From an uncultured candidate division WWE3 bacterium (lineage in GTDB: Bacteria > Patescibacteriota > WWE3 > UBA101185 > UBA10185): 64,000 nucleotides of DNA. The stretch lies in contig CAIRNR010000007.1 in the NCBI GenBank assembly GCA_903879985.1, positions 585,925-649,924 on the forward strand, given 5' to 3'. Positions 56,982-64,000 of this stretch are shown here, piece by piece. Under the pieces are notes generated by a model that saw only the letters and a list, made by a program, of their open reading frames with translations, had not been told where the DNA came from and ran no database searches. The translations under genes were made by a program, and so were the position numbers. How positions within the stretch are numbered: position 1 is the first letter of the stretch; every line of letters begins with the position of its first letter.

Positions 56982-57455
56982 ATGGGAGACATTATGGCAA
57001 TAAACGTAAATGACATTAAAAATTTAAGAGAAGAAACAGGCGCAGGCGTAATTGAAGTTAAAGCAGCTTTGGATGCAGTCGGTGGAGACTATGAAAAAGC
57101 AAAAGCAGAATTACTGCAAAAAGTTGGTGCAAAAGCAGCTAAAAAGTCTGATCGTGTTACAAAAGATGGATTAATTCATTCTTACATCCACGCAGGTGGA
57201 AAAGTTGGCGCATTGGTATATGTTGCCTGCGAAACTGACTTTGTTGCTAAAACCGAAGCTTTTCAAAAACTTTGTTCAGAAATTGCGTTGCAAGTAAGTG
57301 CCGGAGATTATGCAAACGTCGAAGAACTAGCTAACGATGACTATATTAGGGAACCTGGTAAAAAGATTCAGGATTTAATTAATGAAGTCATTGCTAAAGT
57401 TGGTGAAAAGATTGAAATTCGTAAGTTTGTTAAGATCAAAGTAGGCGAGGACTAA
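56982..57455 (+). CDS. tsf: Elongation factor Ts (unusually short, 157 aa)
   Basis: 'MAINVNDIKNLREETGAGVIEVKAALDA' UBA-like N-terminus; follows rpsB. Confidence 0.8.
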   Translation: MGDIMAINVNDIKNLREETGAGVIEVKAALDAVGGDYEKAKAELLQKVGAKAAKKSDRVTKDGLIHSYIHAGGKVGALVYVACETDFVAKTEAFQKLCSEIALQVSAGDYANVEELANDDYIREPGKKIQDLINEVIAKVGEKIEIRKFVKIKVGED

Positions 57456-57572
57456 TCTACTTTACTAGTACATAAAGAGAAAACGCCAGTTGTTGCTGCT
57501 GCATACAATTGGCGTTTTTTTGTGGTCTAAAACTCTCCCACAACACAAAAAAATTTGATATTATCTCCTCAT

Positions 57573-58121
57573 ATGAATAACACAGAACTAAAAGCAAAAT
57601 TAACTAAATCAGTAGACTTTTTAAAAGGTGAATTAAGTCAGATTCGTACAGGTCGTGCATCACCCGCGTTAGTGGAAGAAATTTCCGTTGAAGCATATGG
57701 AACTAAAATGACAGTTCGTGAACTTGGATCTATTAGCCTTCTAGACACTCAAAACCTGGTTGTTGTTCCTTGGGACAAAGGATTGCTAAAAGCCATTTCC
57801 AACGGAATTCGTGAAAGTGCTTTGAATTTAAACCCAGTTGATGACTCTGATAGAATTCGAGTTCCTGTTCCAGCACTAACTGAAGATCGCCGAAAAGAAC
57901 TTGCTAAACTTGTTTCTGCAAAAGTTGAAGAGAGCAAAACCGTTATTCGTGGTATTCGTCAGGATGCGATGAAGGATATTGAGGCTTCTTTTACTAACAA
58001 AGAAATAGGCGAGGACGATAAATTTAGACAAAAAGAAGAAACTGAAAAAATCGTCAAATCCTTTGTTGAAGAAACAGAGTTGATAGGTGAGGAAAAACGC
58101 GACGAGTTAATGACAATTTAA
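57573..58121 (+). CDS. frr: Ribosome recycling factor
   Basis: ORF 57555..58121; likely start at MNNTELKAK. '...EDRRKELAKLVSAKVEESKTVIRGIRQDAMKD..'. Confidence 0.85.
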   Translation: MNNTELKAKLTKSVDFLKGELSQIRTGRASPALVEEISVEAYGTKMTVRELGSISLLDTQNLVVVPWDKGLLKAISNGIRESALNLNPVDDSDRIRVPVPALTEDRRKELAKLVSAKVEESKTVIRGIRQDAMKDIEASFTNKEIGEDDKFRQKEETEKIVKSFVEETELIGEEKRDELMTI

Positions 58122-58144
58122 TTTAAATGGTGTAACTTAGCCTA

Positions 58145-59302
58145 ATGACTTTAGTACTCTTTTTAATCACTTTATCCATATTGGTAATGGTACATGAGTT
58201 TGGTCACTTTATCGTTGCAAGAAAAAACGGTATTAGAGTTGAAGAATTTGGTTTAGGACTTCCTCCAAGAATTTTCGGTAGAAAATTTGGTGATACTTTG
58301 TACTCTTTAAACCTACTTCCCTTTGGTGGCTTTGTTAAATTAACCGGTGAAGATGTTACAGAGGGTGTGTCAACCGAAGAATCGGAATTTAAAAAAGACC
58401 CAGTTATTGATCCAAATAGTTTTGCAGCAAAAACGCCTTTACAAAGATTCGCAGTTTTAATAGCCGGTGTATTTATGAACTTTGTTTTGGCCGTGGTTTT
58501 ATTTTACGTTTATCTTTTTTCCACAGGTTTCAAAACAGATTACATGCCTTTGTTCTTTGATTACAATTTTAAATTTGGTTCTCAAAATATTGTTGGCACC
58601 GTAGTGTCTAACGTTGCTAAAGATTCCCCAGCCGAAAAAGCTGGCATGCAACTTGGAGAAGCGCTAGTAGCTATCAATGGAGTTAGCGTGAAAGACATAA
58701 ACGATGTTCGTGCAGCTAACTTAAAAGGTGCCGGATCTGAAATGACTTACACTATGTTGGATTTACAAGATCCTACTAAAAATATTACCCGTGATGTAAA
58801 AGCGACTCCGACATTAGATAGCAACGGAAGCGCAATTATTGGTGTTTACTTGAGTAAAGCAGTATCAGTAAGTTACGCCAGCCCAATAGATAAATTGTTT
58901 TCCGGCTTCATGCAGTCTTATAACGTTTTATCCTATTCTATGAATGGTATGAAGAACCTAATAGGTGTTTCAGTTGCTACACATGATATACAACCAGTAT
59001 CCGAAGGTGTTTCTGGTCCGGTTGGCATTTATAATATTGTTGGCGGGATTCTAAAGTACAGTGGAAGTAGAGTAGTGCTGAATATGATTAACTATGTAGC
59101 TTTAATGTCTTTGAGTTTAGCATTTATGAATATATTGCCATTCCCGGCATTAGATGGTGGTCGCGTAGTGTTTGTTGTGTTTGAAGGTGTTACAAAGAAG
59201 AAGATCAACCCAAATATTGAAGCGCGTGTTCACCAAATAGGTATGTTGTTTTTGTTAGCATTAGTCGCTGTTATAAGCCTTAAAGATCTGTTTTTGAAGT
59301 AA
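58145..59302 (+). CDS. rseP: RIP zinc metalloprotease RseP-family (M50 with inserted PDZ)
   Basis: 'LVMVHEFGHFIVAR' HExxH; PDZ-like middle segment; C-terminal 'NILPFPALDGGRVVF'. Confidence 0.75.
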   Translation: MTLVLFLITLSILVMVHEFGHFIVARKNGIRVEEFGLGLPPRIFGRKFGDTLYSLNLLPFGGFVKLTGEDVTEGVSTEESEFKKDPVIDPNSFAAKTPLQRFAVLIAGVFMNFVLAVVLFYVYLFSTGFKTDYMPLFFDYNFKFGSQNIVGTVVSNVAKDSPAEKAGMQLGEALVAINGVSVKDINDVRAANLKGAGSEMTYTMLDLQDPTKNITRDVKATPTLDSNGSAIIGVYLSKAVSVSYASPIDKLFSGFMQSYNVLSYSMNGMKNLIGVSVATHDIQPVSEGVSGPVGIYNIVGGILKYSGSRVVLNMINYVALMSLSLAFMNILPFPALDGGRVVFVVFEGVTKKKINPNIEARVHQIGMLFLLALVAVISLKDLFLK

Positions 59303-59543
59303 TATCCTGGTACATCAATAATTTTCCCGAACCATTTTATTACCCGTTATAGTAATATATTCTGGGTTCTGAAAACTTGGAGATTCCCTTGAAATGTGCC
59401 TATACTTAATTGTACTTTCAGAATTGGGATTTCTTTGGTAGAATACCCACTGCAAAGTACCCTAATTAACAATAAGTTTGGAGGTGCGATTTTCGCAGTC
59501 GTTAGCATATATTGCTAACAATTAAATACTGCAACTGATAAAA

Positions 59544-59735
59544 ATGACAAAAATTAAAGTAAGAAATGGCGAAAGCCTTGAACAAGCATTGAGACGTTTT
59601 AATCGGGAAGTTCAAAGAGCCGGTATCTTAGATGAGGTTAAAGATAGATCTCATTACAGAAAACCAAGTGAACTTAAGAGACAAAAATCTAAAGAACTTG
59701 AAAGAAAAATTAAGTTCGAAAGGATTAAAGGTTGA
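59544..59735 (+). CDS. rpsU: 30S ribosomal protein S21
   Basis: 'MTKIKVRNGESLEQALRRFNREVQRAGIL...RSHYRKPSELKRQKSK'. Confidence 0.85.
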   Translation: MTKIKVRNGESLEQALRRFNREVQRAGILDEVKDRSHYRKPSELKRQKSKELERKIKFERIKG

Positions 59736-60070
59736 TTTTAGACGATTTAAAATCAAAGCTTGTTGAATATTATAAAGCCGGAGACACACTACACGTTAGT
59801 GTGTTGAGGTATTTCTTTTCCGTAGTTCAAAATAGGGAAATTGAGTTGCGCCCACAAAATATCAAGTTAACCGATGAAGAAGTGTTTAAAGTATTGCGAA
59901 AACAAATCAAGAATAGAAAAGAAGCTATAGAATTATACGAAAAAGCCAATCGCGCCGATATGTTGGAAAAAGAAAAAGCCGAACTTGTTATATATGAAGA
60001 AATAGCTAAATATTTCCCATTTGAATTAAACCTTAATCCTCCTGTTCAATTTCAAAAAAATGGAAAATAA
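59732..60070 (+). CDS. yqeY: GatB/YqeY-domain protein
   Basis: Follows rpsU with an ATGA overlap (conserved rpsU-yqeY pairing); helical 112 aa. Confidence 0.55.
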   Translation: MILDDLKSKLVEYYKAGDTLHVSVLRYFFSVVQNREIELRPQNIKLTDEEVFKVLRKQIKNRKEAIELYEKANRADMLEKEKAELVIYEEIAKYFPFELNLNPPVQFQKNGK

Positions 60071-60368
60071 ATCACCTTTAGACAACAAAAAGATCTTTAT
60101 ATCGATAACTATCACCGACGATAAAGAAATTCAGAGTCTAAACAAGGATTATCGCCAAAAAGATTACGCTACCGACGTTTTATCCTTTAACATAAATGAA
60201 ACTTCTGAAGATGGCACATTTTACTTAGGAGATGTTGTTGTTAATAAAGAACAAGCGGCACGACAAGCAGGGGAGTTCGGTAACACTATAGAAGAAGAAA
60301 TTTCAGAACTTACAGCTCACGGAATCATGCACTTGCTAGGTATTCACCACGACGGTGATGACCATTAA
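60060..60368 (+). CDS. ybeY: rRNA maturation endoribonuclease YbeY (short, 102 aa)
   Basis: Zn-binding 'HGIMHLLGIHHD'. Confidence 0.7.
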   Translation: MENKSPLDNKKIFISITITDDKEIQSLNKDYRQKDYATDVLSFNINETSEDGTFYLGDVVVNKEQAARQAGEFGNTIEEEISELTAHGIMHLLGIHHDGDDH

Positions 60369-60423
60369 GCTCTACTGGTAGCTTAGGCTGGTCGCAACTC
60401 GGCGTAGGCGTTATACTAAACCT

Positions 60424-60948
60424 ATGAAACTTATCGTTGGTCTTGGAAATCCCACACAAAAATACGAAAAAACCCGCCATAACGTCGGCTTTATATTAAT
60501 TAATGACTTTCATGAAGCACGTGGCTTGCATTGGGAACCAGCGCCTAAGTTTGACGCCGAAATATGTGTTAGTGAAAACTTTATCTTACTTAAGCCTCAA
60601 ACATTTATGAATAACTCCGGTAAGGCAGTGTCCAAGGCCCTTAATTATTACAAAATTAAGCCCTCAGACCTTTTAGTAGTCCACGATGATGTTGACTTAC
60701 CTCAAGGGACAATACGTAAGCAAATCGGTTCAGGAGCCGCAGGACATCATGGTGTAGAAGATATTATTAATGAAATAGGTACTAAAGATTTTTGGAGATT
60801 GCGTGTTGGGGTAGGGAGACCTGAAAATAATAATATTCCTGTTGATGTGTATGTACTAGATAACTTTGCTGATTCTGAGTTGGTTGAGTTACGTAAAGAT
60901 GTGGGCGTATTAAAGATGATAGAGGATTTCGTTAACGCGGCTGTTTAG
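60424..60948 (+). CDS. pth: Peptidyl-tRNA hydrolase
   Basis: 'MKLIVGLGNPTQKYEKTRHNVGF', '...HDDVDLPQG..'. Confidence 0.85.
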   Translation: MKLIVGLGNPTQKYEKTRHNVGFILINDFHEARGLHWEPAPKFDAEICVSENFILLKPQTFMNNSGKAVSKALNYYKIKPSDLLVVHDDVDLPQGTIRKQIGSGAAGHHGVEDIINEIGTKDFWRLRVGVGRPENNNIPVDVYVLDNFADSELVELRKDVGVLKMIEDFVNAAV

Positions 60949-60951
60949 GAA

Positions 60952-60984
60952 AAAAGGGCGGAGTTTTTGTATCAGCGCCCTTTT
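60952..60984. terminator. Bidirectional terminator (aaagggcg ... cgcccttt)
   Basis: Read directly between pth(+) and the minus-strand small ORF. Confidence 0.5.
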
Positions 60985-60990
60985 GCATTG

Positions 60991-61164
60991 CTATTCTTTC
61001 TTATAACTCTCTCGCAGAACATTCTGGATGCGACGTGGTAATTCTGCGAATGTTAGTGCAATATCCACGGCTTCCATGATATTTGCATTTGCCAGAAGTA
61101 TTTCTCTGGTGTCGTTCGTTCCGCAATCCCAGCATTCTTGTACCGATCTCTTTTGTCCAGCCAT
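60991..61164 (-). CDS. Hypothetical 58-aa protein (MAGQKRSVQECWDCGTNDTRE...); the longer 83-aa ORF is possible
   Basis: Strong RBS 'aaaaggagatggatc' before the internal ATG at 61164 (minus); ORF 60991..61242 in track. Confidence 0.35.
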   Translation of the reverse strand: MAGQKRSVQECWDCGTNDTREILLANANIMEAVDIALTFAELPRRIQNVLRESYKKE

Positions 61165-61262
61165 GATCCATCTCCTTTTTTGACTGTTCTGATGAGGATA
61201 TTTAACGCAACCTAAATTGGTTGTATCAAACTGTTTCTGCATTATACTAAAAAAAGTAACTT

Positions 61263-62942
61263 ATGTTCTATACTAAATACCGCCCTCAAAAATTTAGTGA
61301 AATCACCAGACCAAACGAAGCTGCGGATATGCTGGCGACACAGGTAAAAACCGGCAAAACCGTTCACGCTTATTTGTTGGTAGGGCCACGTGGAACTGGT
61401 AAAACAACTACGGCTCGTGTGCTGGCGAAGGCACTAAACTGCACAAACGTTACAAAAGATGGAGATCCTTGCGATGAGTGTGAAAACTGCATTGCTATTC
61501 AAAACGGATCTTTCGTAGACCTTATTGAGATAGATGCCGCCAGTAACAGAGGTATAGATGATATTCGCGAACTCAAGAGTAGAGTAAAACTTGCTCCTAC
61601 TGCAGGCAAAACAAAGGTTTATATCATTGATGAAGTTCACATGCTAACTTCTGAAGCTTTTAATGCTTTGTTAAAAACCTTGGAAGAACCACCTGCTAAT
61701 GTAGTGTTTATTCTTTGTACTACCGAGTTCCATAAAGTTCCGGATACAATAAAATCACGTTGCCAGGTATTTAGAATAAAGCGTGCAACAATTACCCAAA
61801 TAGTTGAAAAACTTAAAAAAATAGTTAAAAGTGAAAAGCTTAAAATCTCTGATGAAGATTTAGCTAAGATTGCCAGCGCATCCGTTGGTGGTTTTAGAGA
61901 CGCGGAAACCTTATTGCAACAGATAGCTGAAGGCGGCGTTTCCGCTGATACATTTTTAAGTTCGAGTTCCAAGGAAAGCTTAATTGAGTTCACCGATAAC
62001 TTACTTTCCAAGGATGCCAAATCAGCACTACATTTGCTTGACGCTATTTTTGAAGAAGGTGTGGATTTAACAGTCTGGAGTTCCGAACTGCTAAAGTATT
62101 TGCGAGAACTAATGTTTATTAAGTCAGGTGTAGAGCTTGATGTTGTAGGGGCGACCCCTGAGTTAAGTAAAAAAATAACTGAACAAGCTAAGCTTGTGGA
62201 TGTTCGCTGGTTACTTAGTGCTTTAACCAAGTTAATTGACGCACAAAAAAATATTAAAGGCTCGTTTATTCCTCAACTTCCTTTAGAAATGTTTGTTGTA
62301 GAACTTTGTACAGGGGATAGGGTAGAGACTAAATCTGCACCAACAAATCCTTTACCAAATAAACCAAAAGAAGTTAAAAAGCCAGTTAGTGATGATAAAG
62401 CTGACTCTGATGACGACGAACTTGCCTCTGATCAATCCATTCCTTTGGCTGCCAAAAAGGTTTTAAAAGTAATTTCAAAACAAGAAGAGCTCGATGATGA
62501 CGACGAAGCGGATTCTGTAGCTGAAGAACCTGCAACAGGGGTCTCAAATGAAGCAGAAGAAAATATAATTCCTCTTGAACAAATCGAAGAAAAATGGAAA
62601 GAACTAGTGGGTAAGAGTAAAGAACTTAATAATTCCATTGCTGCTTTGCTAAAACAGGCCAAACTAAAAGCCGTTGAAGGAAAATCATTAGTTATGGAAG
62701 TTTTTTTTCCTTTCCACAAAGAACGTTTAGAAGCGCCAAACAATCGCAAACTTATTGAGAGCTTATTAAAAGAAATGTTTGGTTTAGATATAAAAATTAA
62801 ATGTGTATTAAACGAGGAACGTCCGAAAAATTTAAGAAAAGGTGAAACGGGTAACTTAACCGACTATAACATCGCTCCGGCTAGCGTTAATTTAGACAAG
62901 GATTCATTAATGTTAGCATTTGATGGCGGTTTACCCTTATAA
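61263..62942 (+). CDS. dnaX: DNA polymerase III subunit gamma/tau
   Basis: 'GPRGTGKTT', 'IIDEVHMLT', 'CTTE' clamp-loader motifs; acidic low-complexity C-terminal half. Confidence 0.85.
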   Translation: MFYTKYRPQKFSEITRPNEAADMLATQVKTGKTVHAYLLVGPRGTGKTTTARVLAKALNCTNVTKDGDPCDECENCIAIQNGSFVDLIEIDAASNRGIDDIRELKSRVKLAPTAGKTKVYIIDEVHMLTSEAFNALLKTLEEPPANVVFILCTTEFHKVPDTIKSRCQVFRIKRATITQIVEKLKKIVKSEKLKISDEDLAKIASASVGGFRDAETLLQQIAEGGVSADTFLSSSSKESLIEFTDNLLSKDAKSALHLLDAIFEEGVDLTVWSSELLKYLRELMFIKSGVELDVVGATPELSKKITEQAKLVDVRWLLSALTKLIDAQKNIKGSFIPQLPLEMFVVELCTGDRVETKSAPTNPLPNKPKEVKKPVSDDKADSDDDELASDQSIPLAAKKVLKVISKQEELDDDDEADSVAEEPATGVSNEAEENIIPLEQIEEKWKELVGKSKELNNSIAALLKQAKLKAVEGKSLVMEVFFPFHKERLEAPNNRKLIESLLKEMFGLDIKIKCVLNEERPKNLRKGETGNLTDYNIAPASVNLDKDSLMLAFDGGLPL

Positions 62943-62949
62943 TACTCAA

Positions 62950-63600
62950 ATGCGTTTACCAACACCTATATCAAAGTTAATAGATTCATTTCAACGACTT
63001 CCGGGAATTGGTCCAAAGTCGGCGCAGCGCCTTACTTTTTATCTTTTACATTTTCCTGAAGAAGAGCTGCAAAAGTTTAGTGAATCACTCCTTAACTTAA
63101 AGAAGGGGACTAAGCTATGTAAAATTTGCAAAAATGTTACTGAGTTTGAAGTTTGTTCTGTGTGCGATGATCCAAATCGTAACAAAAGCATAATAGCAGT
63201 TGTTTCCGGACCTTTAGATGCATTCGCCTTGGATAAAACCGGTTTCAAAGGTGTTTATCATGTTTTGCATGGCATCATCGATCCTTTAAATAATGTTGGT
63301 CCTGAAGAATTATTTATAAAAGATTTGATCGAGCGTATCGGGAACGAACTTCATAATGTGTCATTCGACAATTTAAATGAACCTAAAAAAATAGAATTAA
63401 TTTTAGCAACAAATACCAGCATGGAAGGTGAGTCGACGGCGATGTACCTTTCAAAGCTGATACGCGAAAAAGGTTACGATCAATCGCAGGTAAAAATTAC
63501 TCGTATTGCTCGCGGACTCCCTGTGGGAGGCGATATAGAATATGCGGACGATATCACTCTAAGCCGTGCCTTAGAGGGTCGGTCCGAAGTAACTCGCTAA
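62950..63600 (+). CDS. recR: Recombination protein RecR
   Basis: 'LPGIGPKSAQRLTFYLL' HhH, 'CKICKNVTEFEVCSVCDD' C4 zinc finger, Toprim; ORF from 62920. No ybaB is present between dnaX and recR. Confidence 0.85.
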   Translation: MRLPTPISKLIDSFQRLPGIGPKSAQRLTFYLLHFPEEELQKFSESLLNLKKGTKLCKICKNVTEFEVCSVCDDPNRNKSIIAVVSGPLDAFALDKTGFKGVYHVLHGIIDPLNNVGPEELFIKDLIERIGNELHNVSFDNLNEPKKIELILATNTSMEGESTAMYLSKLIREKGYDQSQVKITRIARGLPVGGDIEYADDITLSRALEGRSEVTR

Positions 63601-63664
63601 GTTTGTACCCATTTTTTAAAGATTTTACTGCGATCTCTTGCAAGCATGTGTTATTATTTTCGTA

Positions 63665-64000
63665 ATGAAACTATATAACTCATTAACAAGAGAAGTCGAA
63701 GAATTCAAACCGCTTAATCCGGAAGTTGTGACTATGTATTGCTGTGGTCCAACCGTTTACTTGGATGCACATATAGGAAACTTTAGGACATATACCACAT
63801 CAGACCTTGTATACCGTGTTCTTAAATTTAACAACCATACAATAAGATACATTATGAACTTAACCGATGTTGGCCATTTAACTGGCGACAACTCTGGTGA
63901 TGCCGATACTGGTGAAGATCGTATGGAAAAATCCAGTAAAAAAGAAGGCAAAACGGCTGCAGAAATAGCAAAATATTACACCGATCTATTTATGAAGGAC
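63665..64000 (+). CDS. cysS: Cysteinyl-tRNA synthetase (5' partial; continues beyond the window)
   Basis: 'MYCCGPTVYLDAHIGNFRTY' (HIGH motif region). Confidence 0.8.
   Translation, partial: MKLYNSLTREVEEFKPLNPEVVTMYCCGPTVYLDAHIGNFRTYTTSDLVYRVLKFNNHTIRYIMNLTDVGHLTGDNSGDADTGEDRMEKSSKKEGKTAAEIAKYYTDLFMKD

Overview
This is a low-GC bacterial chromosome segment, roughly 36-38% GC by eye. The gene organisation is compact with many overlapping start and stop codons, and core genes mostly lack Shine-Dalgarno sequences. Several small proteins are shorter than usual (EF-Ts, YbeY). Together these suggest a reduced-genome lineage, possibly CPR/Patescibacteria-like; I cannot place it more precisely from sequence alone.

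The main features are as follows.

- **Giant ORF (183..26681, minus strand).** A single uninterrupted 26.5 kb ORF encodes an 8,832-aa protein. It has a 5' terminator hairpin downstream, a signal-anchor helix, and about 15 tandem 200-aa repeats that resemble phage tail fibres. Behind these, three modules each combine a beta-sandwich repeat array, an 18-residue 'NTAIGxxALxxNTTGxx' beta-helix block and a 'GNVGIGTTNP' junction. The protein ends in an SD-S-R-L-K intramolecular-chaperone (peptidase S74-like) domain.
- **F-type ATP synthase operon (26986..33100, plus strand).** It is transcribed divergently from the giant gene. Its order is b, delta, alpha, gamma, beta, epsilon. No subunit a is present, and the only c-like protein is unusual.
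- **Ribosomal cluster.** secE, nusG, rplK and rplA converge on the ATP synthase operon.
- **Housekeeping genes.** These include an M50 protease, folD, a low-molecular-weight phosphatase-like gene, rpmB, def and fmt, topA, glyA, a long-form thyX, dcd, rpsB, tsf, frr, rseP, rpsU, yqeY, ybeY, pth, dnaX, recR and the start of cysS.
- **Accessory island (about 37.4 to 43.65 kb).** It is richer in GC and uses strong Shine-Dalgarno sequences. It encodes three XRE-family regulators, hypothetical proteins and a CorA-like membrane protein. It sits immediately 3' of a tRNA-Trp gene that closes a minus-strand Thr-Tyr-Thr-Trp tRNA cluster.
- **Smaller items.** A cysteine-rich secreted mini-protein, a candidate structured ncRNA upstream of folD, and several small high-GC, strong-SD hypothetical genes that look inserted.

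The most unusual elements are the giant tail-fibre-like protein with its in-frame N-terminal HTH, the ATP synthase operon with no subunit a and a carboxylate-less c-like hairpin, and the tRNA-Trp-adjacent island of unknown function.
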